A stretch of DNA of 64,000 bases from NCBI GenBank assembly GCA_963666275.2, contig CAXXOA010000001.1, forward strand, positions 2,208,001-2,272,000, in the 5' to 3' direction. The notes under the pieces are model-generated. The model was not told where the DNA came from. It was given only the letters and a program-made list of their open reading frames with translations, and did not search any database. Made by a program: the position numbers and the translations under genes. The DNA comes from Oceanispirochaeta sp. GTDB taxonomy: Bacteria; Spirochaetota; Spirochaetia; DSM-2461. Shown here one piece after another: positions 49,203 to 60,110 of this stretch. Position 1 is the first letter of the stretch. Every line of letters starts with the position of its first letter.

Positions 49203-49275
49203 ACACCTCTTATCATTAGGAAAAAAATCTTAAGAGTGTTATGGTGTAGAGGATGGTTCTTTTCATAAACAATTG

Positions 49276-49682
49276 GGCTTCGGCTCCGCTCAGCCACCGG
49301 GTTTTCTAATTAGTGTAATTAAGACCAAACCACTATATAAAACTTTTTCACTCTCATCCCAAAGGAAGCATGAGCTTGTTTAACTTATTCTAGCTCACCC
49401 ATAATGTCTTTTTGGAATAGATGAGCTAACCTGCCAATTTCAAAATACCGTGAAGCCCCCAACCCCTAAAGGGTCGTCATTTGCAGGTTAACCTGAAACC
49501 TGAATAATCAGCAGCAAAAAATAGAGGCTAAAAAAATATTCCAATACAGAAGAGGTGCCTCCCCCTTAGGGGCCGGGGGCCTTCAACAGAGCAGCTAATC
49601 CCTCACCAAAAAAAACACCCCTACACAGAACCAACGGTGGCTGAGCGGATGGTTGCTGAGCGAAGTCGAAGTAGCCGAAGCC
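49276..49682. repeat. REP-like inverted arm pair, right arm interrupted by a related unit
   Basis: GGCTTCGGCTCCGCTCAGCCACCG (49276-49299) versus CGGTGGCTGAGCGGA[24 bp]GCCGAAGCC (49635-49682). Confidence 0.7.
49455..49594. mobile_element. ~140-bp MITE/REP-like element, copy 2
   Basis: Closely similar to 49062-49202. Confidence 0.65.
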
Positions 49683-49740
49683 ACGGATTTTGAAAAAAAC
49701 ACCTTAAATTGTATAGGACCTGCATTGAGCGAAATCGAAT

Positions 49741-50616
49741 CTACCGAACCCCCGCCATAGCCAGTTTCAGCGACAGATACCGGGTCTCCTCCGAGTCCGA
49801 GCGGGATGTGAGAACCACCGGGACTTTTAAACCAGCCAGGATTCCCGCATTGCGGCATCCCGGGGTCAGGGAAAAAGCTTTATACACACCATTGGCCGAA
49901 TTCAATTCCGGAAACAGCAGAATATCAGGATGACCCGCAATGGCGCTTTCTATGCCTTTCAGCTTAGCTGCTTCAGCGGAAAATGCCGCGTCCAGAGCCA
50001 TGGGGCCTTCTACCAGGGCTTCTCCCCAATCCATTGCCGCCAGAGCAGCCGCATCCATGGTACTGGGAATTTTCGAATTTTTTTTCTCTACCGGGGCAAT
50101 GCAGATCGCTTCGGGAATGGGAATCCCCAGCTTTCGTGCCATTAGAATGGCATTTTTAAGGATTTCCGTTTTCTGATTCAGATCAGGGGCAATATTGATG
50201 GCTGCATCAGTAAGAAAAAAAGGACGGGGTAGAATCGGATGGTCAAACAGGCTTATATGGCTGATAAGGCCATCCTGTAAAATCAGCTTCCTCTCTTTAT
50301 TCAGAAGAGCTTTTGTAAATACGGATGTATGAACCAGTCCTTTCATTACCACATCCGCCTCACCGGCAGATGCCATCCCGGCGGCAATAAAAGAAGCTTC
50401 TTCGTCATTTCCTGCGATTTTTATCTCTACCCCGTCCAGAGGTATTTCCAGATTATCTGCTTCCGCAGTAATTTCCTCTCTGCTGCCGATGAGAATAAAC
50501 TCACCCAGTCCCTCTCGCCTGGCTCTGTCCACAGCAAGGAGTGAATCCTTATGCCGGGCCTGAACAACAGCGATCCGGCAGGACTTTCCCGGTATGAGGA
50601 GTTCCTCAAAAGTCAC
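49741..50616 (-). CDS. ptb: Phosphate butyryltransferase
   Basis: DVVMKGLVHT, TDAAINIAP, VEGPMALDAA and VPVVLTSRSD motifs; follows buk. Confidence 0.9.
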   Translation of the reverse strand: MTFEELLIPGKSCRIAVVQARHKDSLLAVDRARREGLGEFILIGSREEITAEADNLEIPLDGVEIKIAGNDEEASFIAAGMASAGEADVVMKGLVHTSVFTKALLNKERKLILQDGLISHISLFDHPILPRPFFLTDAAINIAPDLNQKTEILKNAILMARKLGIPIPEAICIAPVEKKNSKIPSTMDAAALAAMDWGEALVEGPMALDAAFSAEAAKLKGIESAIAGHPDILLFPELNSANGVYKAFSLTPGCRNAGILAGLKVPVVLTSRSDSEETRYLSLKLAMAGVR

Positions 50617-51698
50617 GGCACATACTCCTGAACGGGATGAATTCCCCTTAGAGCCGCCAGGGCATTATCTGCCAGGGCTTCCAGCTCCCGCTCTCCGGGG
50701 ATGATATAAACCGGAGCCAGGAAGGCAGTCCGCCTTTTAATCTCCTCGATCAGGATCCTGTCCCTGGCAAGGCCACCTGTCAGCACAACGGCATCCACCC
50801 GGCCTTCCAGGGTGGCTCCGTGTTTGGCTATCTCCTGAGAAATCTGCAGAGCCATGGCTTTATGTACTAGCACACTCTTCTCATCTCCCATTTTGACCTG
50901 ATTCTCGAAGGGGATCATATCCCGGGATCCCATATAGGCAAAAACTCCCCCCTCTCCGACTATTTTTTTCCGCAGTTCCTGACGGGTATAGCGGCCGGAA
51001 AGGGCCAGTTCCACCAGAGGCCACACAGGCAGTCCACCGCTCCTTTCGGGAGAAAAGGGTCCTTCCCCGTCGAGTCCGTTATTCACATCGATAACTTTCC
51101 CTTTCCGGTGGGCCCCCACAGTAATGCCGCCCCCCATATGACAGACAATGAAATTCAACTCATCATAGCTGTGCCCCAGCTGGGCGGCTACGATGCGGGC
51201 AACGGATTTCTGATTCAATGCATGGAATATACTTCTCCGTTCCAGTTCGGGCATTCCTGAAATTTTAGCTTCCGCCAGCTGTTCATCCACAACCACCGGA
51301 TCGGCTATAAAGGCCCTGCAGGAGGCGCCGCTCAGTTCTCTGGCAACTCGAGCCGCCAGAATGGCTCCCAGATTGCTGGCATGCTCTCCGTAGCGGGCGT
51401 TTTTCAGATCATCCAGCATGGGGGCATTCACACAATAGACACCGCCCGCAAGAGGATGAAGCAATCCCCCCCTTCCGATTACGGCATGAATATCGGGATT
51501 CCTCCCGACACTGCCTATAAAATCCTCCAGGAACTGGTATCTGTAATCCTCCTGGTCCGCAATGCTGCTGAAACGCTGAAGATCCTCTATGGGGTGCGAG
51601 ATCTCAAGAACCTTCACCTCCTCCCTGTTCTGAAAGAGAGCCAGTTTGGTGGTGGTCGATCCGGGATTAATAACAAGGATGTGATAGAATTCAGGCAT
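50613..51698 (-). CDS. buk: Butyrate kinase
   Basis: INPGSTTTK, GRGGLL, HASNLG, DPVVVDE, FHALNQK and GEGPFSPERSG motifs. Confidence 0.96.
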   Translation of the reverse strand: MPEFYHILVINPGSTTTKLALFQNREEVKVLEISHPIEDLQRFSSIADQEDYRYQFLEDFIGSVGRNPDIHAVIGRGGLLHPLAGGVYCVNAPMLDDLKNARYGEHASNLGAILAARVARELSGASCRAFIADPVVVDEQLAEAKISGMPELERRSIFHALNQKSVARIVAAQLGHSYDELNFIVCHMGGGITVGAHRKGKVIDVNNGLDGEGPFSPERSGGLPVWPLVELALSGRYTRQELRKKIVGEGGVFAYMGSRDMIPFENQVKMGDEKSVLVHKAMALQISQEIAKHGATLEGRVDAVVLTGGLARDRILIEEIKRRTAFLAPVYIIPGERELEALADNALAALRGIHPVQEYVP

Positions 51699-53113
51699 CA
51701 GCTGGCAATTTCCTCCTGATAGTATTTCAGAGCCTTATCAATCATTTTCAGATTCAACTCAATGAGCTCCTTTTTTCTGACACTCCCCGGAAGGATCTTC
51801 TTCAGAACCTCTTCATCCGCAACACCGGAGATTTTCAGATAGATTGTAAGCATGATGATATTGGCTGTCGCCAGGATACCGCTCTCCCGGGCCATTTCTG
51901 AGGCGGGAATATACAGATCCTGAACATCCTTCCTCTCCACTTTCTGACTGACCAGAGAGGAGTTTACAAGGATGAGACCTCCCGGTGTGACATCTTCTTT
52001 GAAAGAGAGCAGAGACGGTGTATTGAGGGCAATAAGCACATTGGGAGAGTCCACCACAGGAGAACCGATAGGCCCGGGCGAAACAATAACACTGGCATTG
52101 GCCTTTCCTCCCCTCATTTCGGGGCCGTACGAGGGAAGCCAGGTGGTATTGAAACCCTCTGCGATAGCCATATCCGCCAGTAGTTTGCCCGCAGAAAGAA
52201 CGCCCTGCCCTCCGAAGCCGGCTATTTTAACTCTCTGTTCTTCTATATCCATGTCTCTGTTCAGATTGGGAAGTGAGCCTCCTTCCTGGAGAAGATCCAC
52301 AAGGCCCTGATCATCGAGAAAAGGAAGTGAATCATCGGGAGTTCCCGGTTTTTCCGAATTGTCTCTGAAATTCCTGACAGGATAGAGGGGTTCCAGATTC
52401 TCCTGCATCCATTTCCGTGCCTGAACCGGATCCATCTTCCAGTTGATGGGACAGGGCGAGAGGATTTCCACAAAAGAAATACCCTTTTTATCCATCTGAT
52501 TCTGCAGGGCCTTGCGGAAGACTTTCCTGGCCTTCAGAACTTTAGCCGGAGTCGAAAAGGAGACCCGTTCAATAAATACCGGAGTTTTCAGAGCGTCCAT
52601 GACTTCTGCCATGCCGATAGGGTGACCGTCCCTGCCTGCAGACCGTCCCAGAGGAGTGGTCAGCGTCTTCTGCCCCTCCAGGGTTGTGGGAGCCATCTGA
52701 CCTCCGGTCATACCGTATATGGCATTATTCACAAAAAACACAGTCATATTCTCACCCCGGTTGGCGGCATGGATAATTTCTGCGGTTCCTATGGCGGCCA
52801 GGTCGCCGTCTCCCTGATAGGAGATAAGAATTGCATCCCTATGGGTTCTTCTGATACTTGTGCCCACCGCGGGAGCCCTTCCGTGGGCACACTGGATGTT
52901 TCCCGTATCCATATAGTAATAGGCAAAAACAGAACATCCCACAGGAGAGAGGAATATGGTTCTGTCCTGAATATCCAGTTCCACAAGGAGCTGGGCAATC
53001 AGTTTGTGAGCCGTCCCATGACCGCATCCGGGGCAGTAGTGGGTCACTTTCTGTCCGGGCCCTTTCCGTTCAAAGGTATCGTAGAATGCTTTGGGTTTAT
53101 CCAGCAGAATCAT
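51698..53113 (-). CDS. 2-oxoacid:ferredoxin oxidoreductase, fused beta (TPP) and gamma subunits (Vor-type)
   Basis: HYCPGCGHG, QGDGD, YGMTGGQMAPTT; then AGFGGQG and PSYGPEMRGG. Confidence 0.92.
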   Translation of the reverse strand: MILLDKPKAFYDTFERKGPGQKVTHYCPGCGHGTAHKLIAQLLVELDIQDRTIFLSPVGCSVFAYYYMDTGNIQCAHGRAPAVGTSIRRTHRDAILISYQGDGDLAAIGTAEIIHAANRGENMTVFFVNNAIYGMTGGQMAPTTLEGQKTLTTPLGRSAGRDGHPIGMAEVMDALKTPVFIERVSFSTPAKVLKARKVFRKALQNQMDKKGISFVEILSPCPINWKMDPVQARKWMQENLEPLYPVRNFRDNSEKPGTPDDSLPFLDDQGLVDLLQEGGSLPNLNRDMDIEEQRVKIAGFGGQGVLSAGKLLADMAIAEGFNTTWLPSYGPEMRGGKANASVIVSPGPIGSPVVDSPNVLIALNTPSLLSFKEDVTPGGLILVNSSLVSQKVERKDVQDLYIPASEMARESGILATANIIMLTIYLKISGVADEEVLKKILPGSVRKKELIELNLKMIDKALKYYQEEIAS

Positions 53114-54177
53114 TGCGGTCCTCCTCCCTCGGGGGCTATGGTTTTCTGAACAATTTCATCCACAGAAGGGATCACGCCTCCCAGCCAGAGGAAACGGGAG
53201 ACCCTGGCACGTCCCCCTGCAACCCGTTCCACATCATCCGCCATCTGACCATTTGACATTTCTGCGGCAATGACTCTTTCTACCTGTTCTGAGAGCTCAC
53301 GTAGTCTCTTTTCCGGAAAGGGGAAAAGAGTCCGGGGTCTCAGAAGTCCCGCTTTGATCCCCTGGTCCCGCAGCTGTTTGACTGCGGACTGGCAGATCCT
53401 TGAGGTTATTCCATAAGCCACAAAAAGGACCTGTGCATCTTCGCATCCTGTTTCCTCCCACAGGCAGGTTTCTTCTGTAATCTGATCATACTTTTCCTGG
53501 AGATGCCAGTTATGGTCACTCTGCAGTTTGGGATCCATCAATATGGAGGTCACCAGATTCTTCCGGCTTTCCGCATCCCCATAGAGGGCCCAGTCTTTTC
53601 GTTTGCCATGGAGAACCTTATCGGGAAGCTGAACCGGTTCCATCATCTGACCGATGTAGGCGTCGCCCAGGATCATGACGGTGATCCTGTACCTGTCAGC
53701 AAGATCAAAGGCCCGGTAGGTCAGATCACACATTTCCTGCACCGAATTCGGTGCCAGGACCAGATTCCTGTAATTGCCGTGACCGCCCCCCTTTACAGTG
53801 ATATTATAATCGCTCTGTTCGGGCCATATATTTCCCAGTCCCGGGCCGGCCCGCTGTATATCCACAACCACACAGGGCAGCTCGGCTCCGGCTATGTAGG
53901 AGAGACCTTCCGCCATCAGGGATATTCCCGGTCCTGACGAAGCCGTCATCACACGGGCTCCCGCTCCTGCAGCTCCGTAAAGCATATTCACCACGGAAAC
54001 TTCCGATTCGGCCTGAAGAAAGCAGCGTCCGGAAGTTGTAAAGTACCGGGCAGCCGCATGGGCAATTTCACTGGCCGGGGTAATGGGATAGCCGAAAAAG
54101 TGGGTGGCTCCTCCCATTAACGCTCCATGGATAACAGCTTCATTCCCTTTCATAAGTCGTTTTATCTTCTCAGCCAT
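53110..54177 (-). CDS. vorB: 2-oxoisovalerate-type 2-oxoacid:ferredoxin oxidoreductase alpha subunit
   Basis: [27 protein letters not shown] and RAGPGLG motifs; start at MAEKIK. Confidence 0.88.
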   Translation of the reverse strand: MAEKIKRLMKGNEAVIHGALMGGATHFFGYPITPASEIAHAAARYFTTSGRCFLQAESEVSVVNMLYGAAGAGARVMTASSGPGISLMAEGLSYIAGAELPCVVVDIQRAGPGLGNIWPEQSDYNITVKGGGHGNYRNLVLAPNSVQEMCDLTYRAFDLADRYRITVMILGDAYIGQMMEPVQLPDKVLHGKRKDWALYGDAESRKNLVTSILMDPKLQSDHNWHLQEKYDQITEETCLWEETGCEDAQVLFVAYGITSRICQSAVKQLRDQGIKAGLLRPRTLFPFPEKRLRELSEQVERVIAAEMSNGQMADDVERVAGGRARVSRFLWLGGVIPSVDEIVQKTIAPEGGGPQ

Positions 54178-54391
54178 CTTCCCCGTCTCCTTTATAGACA
54201 GTGATTGCTCCCGGTTCGGGACACACATAGAAGCATAGACCGCAGGCTGTGCATTTTTCTGGTTTTGATACGGCATACTGGTATCCCAGGATATTTATCC
54301 CGGATCCAATGGAAAGGCAGTGATTGGGACAGGCGTTTACACAGAGGCGGCACCCCTTACAGAGTTCGGGATGGATAAGGGATTTATTCAT
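54170..54391 (-). CDS. 2x[4Fe-4S] ferredoxin (delta subunit)
   Basis: [12 protein letters not shown] and [12 protein letters not shown]. Confidence 0.93.
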   Translation of the reverse strand: MNKSLIHPELCKGCRLCVNACPNHCLSIGSGINILGYQYAVSKPEKCTACGLCFYVCPEPGAITVYKGDGEDG

Positions 54392-54924
54392 TCCAGGCCT
54401 CCGAAAAGATCTTCTGTGCCTTCTCCGAAAAAGTTGATGCCGCTGATGGATTCAGCCAGTTCGTGCGGTATGGCTGAAATATCCAGGGTATGTCCGGGGC
54501 ATCCCAGGCTCGCACAGACAGAAACCCTGCCGCTGCCTCCCGGCAGAAAAAGGTTTAATCCTTTTGAGGAACCACATCCCTCTTCATGGCAGTGATACTC
54601 CTCCATAAGGGGAGCATGGCAGTAGGGACAGAACCCTTCCAGAAGGGTCTGATCCGTATACTGGGGGAGAAAGCTGAAAAGTTTGGCATGACTGCCCCAG
54701 AAAGCATCTATGAAAGCCAGTCCTTTTGTACCATTAATGGAAAGTTCCAGTTTGATGGAAGGCTCTCCATGAATGTGAACACTGTCAACCATAAGATTGT
54801 GTCCTCTGGGACAGAAAACAGATTCTACGAGCAGAAACTCCTGATCGGCCCTCTTCACAAGCCGTAATCCTCTGGGAATAACTGTTCTGAATTCATCGGG
54901 AATCCTGTTTGACCGTAGTTCCAT
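54388..54924 (-). CDS. Cys/His-rich hypothetical protein heading the vor-buk-ptb operon
   Basis: CPRGH, CPYC, CHEEGC and CASLGCPGH motifs; ATGA overlap with the ferredoxin gene. Confidence 0.75.
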   Translation of the reverse strand: MELRSNRIPDEFRTVIPRGLRLVKRADQEFLLVESVFCPRGHNLMVDSVHIHGEPSIKLELSINGTKGLAFIDAFWGSHAKLFSFLPQYTDQTLLEGFCPYCHAPLMEEYHCHEEGCGSSKGLNLFLPGGSGRVSVCASLGCPGHTLDISAIPHELAESISGINFFGEGTEDLFGGLE

Positions 54925-55293
54925 AGCTCTCTCCTGATTGATATGTCACTTTTTTTAATATTTTATATTCAGGAATTCATTACAAATTCTAAACACACAG
55001 TATTACATCAGTCAAATGTTTTCCTGAATTTCTGATTTCGCAATTTTTCCTGAATATTTATTATATAAATAATTATTTAATAAAGGAGATAAACAGTGTT
55101 GATTTAATGAAGACAAGATAGTCGGATTTTGAAGTATATAGAGACTCTATAGAGAAACGCTTCTCTGGACGAAAACTCATTGACCTCCCTGCTGAAATGA
55201 GAATAAGATAAGTCAGAAAACAAATAGATGGATGGGAAGATCCAGACTTTTTGAATAATTTGAAAAAGTAGTTATTCAAAAATATATTTAAAA

Positions 55294-55327
55294 AGCCCGC
55301 AGAATGATACTGCGGGCTATTTTTTTA
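55294..55327. terminator. Intrinsic terminator downstream of tyrS
   Basis: AGCCCGCAG-N7-CTGCGGGCT flanked by A and T runs. Confidence 0.8.
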
Positions 55328-55347
55328 TAATCAGAAAGCTTTGAGAC

Positions 55348-56592
55348 TTACTTGACGATGAAGCGGAAGAACCGTTTTTTCCCGGCTTTCAGAACAATTT
55401 CTTTTTCACCGTCCTCTTCCACGACAGAGTCCAAACCTATAACAGCATCCACATCGCTGTTCTTTTCTCCATTGATGGCAGCCCCGTTCTGAGAGACCAG
55501 TCTGCGGGCTTCACTTTTTGAGGAACAGAGACCGGACTGGACATAAAGATCCATAATATTCACTCCGGTTTCCAGTTCTGTAACGGCTATTTCCCCGGAA
55601 GGCATTCCCGACTTATCCTGAGCTCCTCCGGCGCTGAAAGCCGCTTTGGCTCCTTCCAGGGCTTTAGAGGCTTCCTCTTCTCCGTGAATGATTTTTGTCA
55701 GCTCATAGGCAAGAATCTCTTTGGCTTTATTAATTTCCTGACCTTCCAGAGCCCCGAGTTTTTTACACTCCTCGGTGGGAAGGAAGGTATAGAGCAGAAG
55801 GAATTTCTCCACATCCGCATCAGCCACGTTTCTCCAGTACTGGAAGAACTCGTAAACTGAAGTCATTTCAGGATCCAGAAAAATGGCTCCTTTTTCGGTT
55901 TTACCCATTTTCTTGCCATCAGACCGGGTTACCAGAGGGAATGTGAGACCGATGGCCTCACCTCCTTCCACCCGGCGGATAAGCTCCATACCGGCTACGA
56001 TATTTCCCCACTGATCGTCACCGCCGATCTGGAGAATACAGTTTTCCCTTCTGTATAGTTCCAGGAAGTCGTAGGACTGGAGGAGCTGATAGTTAAACTC
56101 AATAAAGGAAAGTCCCTTTTCCAGTCTTTTTTTGTAGGATTCAAAAGTCAACATTCGGTTAACGGAAAAGTGTTTTCCGATATCCCGTAAAAATTCAATA
56201 TAGTTCAGAGGGGCCAGCCAGTCTGCATTATCCACAAGTTTGGCCTTATCCCCGTCGAATTTGATAAAATTGGAAATTTGAACTTTCAGTTTTTCCGCAT
56301 TTTCCTTGATCTGATCAATGGTGAGCATTTTCCTCATGTCCGACTTTCCCGAAGGATCACCTATACGGGCGGTTCCCCCTCCGACGAGAATGACAGGAAG
56401 ATGCCCTGCTTCCTGAAGATGATGCATGGCAAAAAGAGGCACCATATGGCCCACATGCATGGAAGGTCCCGTGGGATCGACACCGACATAAATCCTGACA
56501 GGTCCCTCATCCAGTTTCTTGTTCAGCAGATCCTCGTCTGTACACTGTTTGAAAAAACCCCGTTCCTTCAGGACGGCCAATGCCTTGTTCAT
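55348..56592 (-). CDS. tyrS: Tyrosine--tRNA ligase
   Basis: YVGVDPTG, HVGH, QIGGDDQWGNI, KMGKT and C-terminal S4 domain. Confidence 0.97.
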   Translation of the reverse strand: MNKALAVLKERGFFKQCTDEDLLNKKLDEGPVRIYVGVDPTGPSMHVGHMVPLFAMHHLQEAGHLPVILVGGGTARIGDPSGKSDMRKMLTIDQIKENAEKLKVQISNFIKFDGDKAKLVDNADWLAPLNYIEFLRDIGKHFSVNRMLTFESYKKRLEKGLSFIEFNYQLLQSYDFLELYRRENCILQIGGDDQWGNIVAGMELIRRVEGGEAIGLTFPLVTRSDGKKMGKTEKGAIFLDPEMTSVYEFFQYWRNVADADVEKFLLLYTFLPTEECKKLGALEGQEINKAKEILAYELTKIIHGEEEASKALEGAKAAFSAGGAQDKSGMPSGEIAVTELETGVNIMDLYVQSGLCSSKSEARRLVSQNGAAINGEKNSDVDAVIGLDSVVEEDGEKEIVLKAGKKRFFRFIVK

Positions 56593-56926
56593 AATTTACC
56601 ATCTCCATTAAATCAATATAGGTTAAAGGATTTTACCTGAAAGGGGTGATTGTGACAAGAAGAATCCACCTCTATAACACTGGTAGAACTACTCAGGGCT
56701 TATCTGGATCTATAATGGTTCTCCTCTCGGGAATTCCATTCAGTTTTTTTGTATCAGATGTGTAACCCCAATACCGCAATCTCGGAAACCCCAACAAATA
56801 TGACTTTTTTACAAATGTATAATAAACTGGACATACAATATCATTTATGTTAACTTAGCCCTAATTATCAATATGATAGGCAAATAATCAAAAAAAGTTA
56901 AAAATACATAAAATCCGGAACTGACA

Positions 56927-58663
56927 ATGAATACAAACTTGAAATCTCACCTTTTTTTTGATTCTGACGTCCTAGAACAACAAAGAAAAAAGCTTACACG
57001 CACTTTTATCATCCAACTTTCTGTGGCAATCATAATACTTCTGTGCGCTTTACTTATCAATCATTTCTGGAAGATCTTCGATCTCTATGCTTTCAGCTTT
57101 GATTTTCTCATACTTATGTTTATTGTTGGCTGGTTTCCTGCCCTGCATAAGACAAATATTTTTCTGAAAACGGGAATATCTATGCTCATTCTAAGTCATT
57201 CAATTGATCTTACAGATGAGTTGATTTTCCTTAACATAGAGGAATGGCGTGGAACTATACCCTATTATATGATCTCTCTTCTGAGCATTATGTTAATGAT
57301 GACAGGAGTATATCAGAATAAAAAAACCAGGCTTCTTCAGGAACAGGAAACAAATCTGCTTCTGTTTCAGGACAGTTTAACCGGTCTGCCCAATAGAAAA
57401 CTCCTATACAGACAAATGGAGGGAATCCTTAATTTTTCTGAGAGATCCCCTATCAATCATGCTGTAATGATGCTGGATTTTGACAATTTTAAAAGCGTCA
57501 ATGACACTCTCGGACATAATACCGGTGATATGTATCTGAAGAAAATATCAAATACAATTAAAAATGAAATCCGTAAATCAGATTTATTAGCCAGGATAGG
57601 GGGCGATGAATTTTGTATTGTATTCAGCAATATAAAAAGAATCAACGAATTGGTGCACCAGGCAAACAGAATTCTGAATATCATTAATCGGCCATACCTG
57701 GTGGAAAATGAAATAATTCATCTCAGCGCCTCCATCGGCATCGCGGTATATCCCCATGATGGAATGACGATCAATGAACTGATGAAATCTGCTGATACAG
57801 CTCTGAATAAGGCAAAATCTTCGGGTAAAAATTCTTTCCATTTTTTTGATTTAAAAATGAAAGATGAAGTGCAAAGGTATCATAATCTTTCGGTCCATCT
57901 TAAATCGGCTCTTAAGAATCAAGAAATATATACCGTTTTTCAGCCTATTGTTTCTGATTTTCATGGAAAAGCGGAAAAATTTGAGGCCTTGATGCGATGG
58001 TATAATCCCTGCCTGGGCTCCGTAAGCCCTGAGGATTTCATCACTATTGCAGAAGATACAGGTATGATAATTTCACTGGGAGAATGGATCTTAAGAGATA
58101 GCTGTCAGAAAATGATGGTATGGATGAAGACCCATGAAGAAACCCCGGTATTGTCTGTCAATATTTCTGCACAACAATTGAAAGATAAATGGTTTCTCAA
58201 AAAAATTGACGATATTCTTGAAAATACAGGCTTTCCTCCTGAACAGCTGGAACTGGAAATAACAGAGACCCGTTCGATCCAGAAACTTTCCGCCACGTCC
58301 AATATCCTCAATGAGATAAAAGACAGAAAAATCAAACTGTCACTTGATGATTTCGGGACCGGCTATTCATCACTCAATTATATAAGAAAGCTTCCCCTGG
58401 ATACACTTAAAATTGATAAAAAATTCATTGATGATATGGAACAGGGAGAGCGGGGAGAAAAACTGCTGGCCTGCATCATTGAACTGGCTAAAACACTTAA
58501 TCTGAATGTCATTGCAGAAGGTATTGAGAAACAAAATCAGGCAGAGTTTGTGCTCAGAAATGGATGCCATTATATGCAGGGCTATCTTTTCTCCACACCG
58601 CTGGAGTTTTCAGAGTTACTCAAATCCAGCAGATGGCCTGTAACAGGACATTTCCCTCTATAG
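56927..58663 (+). CDS. Membrane GGDEF-EAL c-di-GMP enzyme
   Basis: N-terminal TM segments, RIGGDEF, FEALMRW, DDFGTGYSSL and IAEGIE motifs. Confidence 0.92.
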   Translation: MNTNLKSHLFFDSDVLEQQRKKLTRTFIIQLSVAIIILLCALLINHFWKIFDLYAFSFDFLILMFIVGWFPALHKTNIFLKTGISMLILSHSIDLTDELIFLNIEEWRGTIPYYMISLLSIMLMMTGVYQNKKTRLLQEQETNLLLFQDSLTGLPNRKLLYRQMEGILNFSERSPINHAVMMLDFDNFKSVNDTLGHNTGDMYLKKISNTIKNEIRKSDLLARIGGDEFCIVFSNIKRINELVHQANRILNIINRPYLVENEIIHLSASIGIAVYPHDGMTINELMKSADTALNKAKSSGKNSFHFFDLKMKDEVQRYHNLSVHLKSALKNQEIYTVFQPIVSDFHGKAEKFEALMRWYNPCLGSVSPEDFITIAEDTGMIISLGEWILRDSCQKMMVWMKTHEETPVLSVNISAQQLKDKWFLKKIDDILENTGFPPEQLELEITETRSIQKLSATSNILNEIKDRKIKLSLDDFGTGYSSLNYIRKLPLDTLKIDKKFIDDMEQGERGEKLLACIIELAKTLNLNVIAEGIEKQNQAEFVLRNGCHYMQGYLFSTPLEFSELLKSSRWPVTGHFPL

Positions 58664-58671
58664 AAAAAAAA

Positions 58672-58689
58672 CCGCATCCGGAGATGCGG
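58672..58689. terminator. Terminator between convergent genes
   Basis: CCGCATC-CGGA-GATGCGG preceded by A8 (U-tract on the minus strand). Confidence 0.7.
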
Positions 58690-58720
58690 CTTGTATAGTA
58701 AAAAATTAAGTGCCTTTGAA

Positions 58721-60106
58721 TCAGGATCTCTTATAGTTTCTGATTTCCTGTCTCAGTCTGGCTGCCAGTTCGGCACGGGGAACCCGGATCTGCTCCATAG
58801 AGTCCCGGAACCGGACAGTCACATCGTTGTTGTCCTTGCTGTCGTAGTCAACGGTTACACAGAAAGGTGTACCGATCTCATCCTGCCGTCTGTAACGGCG
58901 GCCGATGGCGCCGCTCTGATCGTAGAAAGTGGCGAAGTCTTCAGAAAGCTCTTTCTGAATGTCTTTAGCCAGTTCGGCCAGGCCGTCTTTTTTAACAAGA
59001 GGCAGTACCGCCACTTTGACAGGCGCCACATTGGGATGCAGGTGCAGAACGGTTCTCACATCGGGATTGCCGTTTTTATCCTCACCGATAGTCTCTTCAT
59101 GGTAGGCGTCCATCAGACAGACGAGAACACTTCTTGTAAGCCCCGCGGAGGTCTCGATGACATAGGGGATGTACCGTTCATTGCTCTGGGGATCCAGATA
59201 GTTGATCTCCTTGCCGCAGTACTCGCTGTGTCTTCCCAGGTCGAAGTCGGTTCTGTTATGGATACCTTCCTGTTCCTCCCAGCCGAAGGGATATTTGTAT
59301 TCCACATCGTAGGCGTCTTTGGCATAGTGAGCCAGCTCACCGGGGCCATGCTGGTGAAAATGCAGATTTTCAGGGAGTATACCCAGCTTTTCAATGTAGT
59401 ATTTCATTCTCTGTTCTTTCCAGTAATCGAACCATTCGTCGTCGGTACCGGGTTTGACAAAGAACTGCATCTCCATCTGTTCGAACTCACAGGTCCGGAA
59501 GATAAAGTTTTTCGTTGTGATTTCGTTTCTGAAGGCTTTTCCCACCTGGGCAATTCCAAAGGGAATCTGAACCCGGCTGGTATCAACCACATTTTTGAAG
59601 TTTACAAAAATCCCCTGAGCGGTTTCGGGACGCAGATAGATAACCGAACCGGAATCCTGAACGGGACCCAGATGGGTGGTAAACATAAGATTGAACTGGC
59701 GGGGTTCTGTCAGCTCGCCACCGCATTCGGGGCATTTCTTGCTGTCGATATTCTCCTGAGCCAGTTTATCCTCGCGAAAACGGGTCTTACACTGTTTACA
59801 GTCCACCAGGGGGTCAGAAAAGTTTTCCACATGACCGGAAGCTTCCCAGGTTCGGGGGTGCATCATGATCGCCGCATCCAGACCGACAATATTGTCCTGC
59901 ATCCGGGTCATTTCCTTCCACCAGATCTCCTGGATATTCTTTTTCAGTTCCACACCCAGAGGGCCGTAATCCCAGGTGGCGGAGAGACCGCCGTAGATCT
60001 CACTGGAGGGATAGACAAATCCCCGGCGCTTTGCCAGAGATACAATTTTTTCCATGGAAGCGCCGAATTCATTGGCAACCTGATTTGCTTTTTTCTCTTT
60101 AGCCAT
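58721..60106 (-). CDS. glyQS: Glycine--tRNA ligase (homodimeric type)
   Basis: [32 protein letters not shown] and [14 protein letters not shown] motifs. Confidence 0.96.
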   Translation of the reverse strand: MAKEKKANQVANEFGASMEKIVSLAKRRGFVYPSSEIYGGLSATWDYGPLGVELKKNIQEIWWKEMTRMQDNIVGLDAAIMMHPRTWEASGHVENFSDPLVDCKQCKTRFREDKLAQENIDSKKCPECGGELTEPRQFNLMFTTHLGPVQDSGSVIYLRPETAQGIFVNFKNVVDTSRVQIPFGIAQVGKAFRNEITTKNFIFRTCEFEQMEMQFFVKPGTDDEWFDYWKEQRMKYYIEKLGILPENLHFHQHGPGELAHYAKDAYDVEYKYPFGWEEQEGIHNRTDFDLGRHSEYCGKEINYLDPQSNERYIPYVIETSAGLTRSVLVCLMDAYHEETIGEDKNGNPDVRTVLHLHPNVAPVKVAVLPLVKKDGLAELAKDIQKELSEDFATFYDQSGAIGRRYRRQDEIGTPFCVTVDYDSKDNNDVTVRFRDSMEQIRVPRAELAARLRQEIRNYKRS

Positions 60107-60110
60107 ACTC

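Noticed and set aside
49062..49682. CRISPR array
   Set aside because: Only two long copies, no regular repeat-spacer period, and no cas genes.
56593..56926. T-box leader upstream of tyrS
   Set aside because: No T-box consensus or terminator/antiterminator was found.
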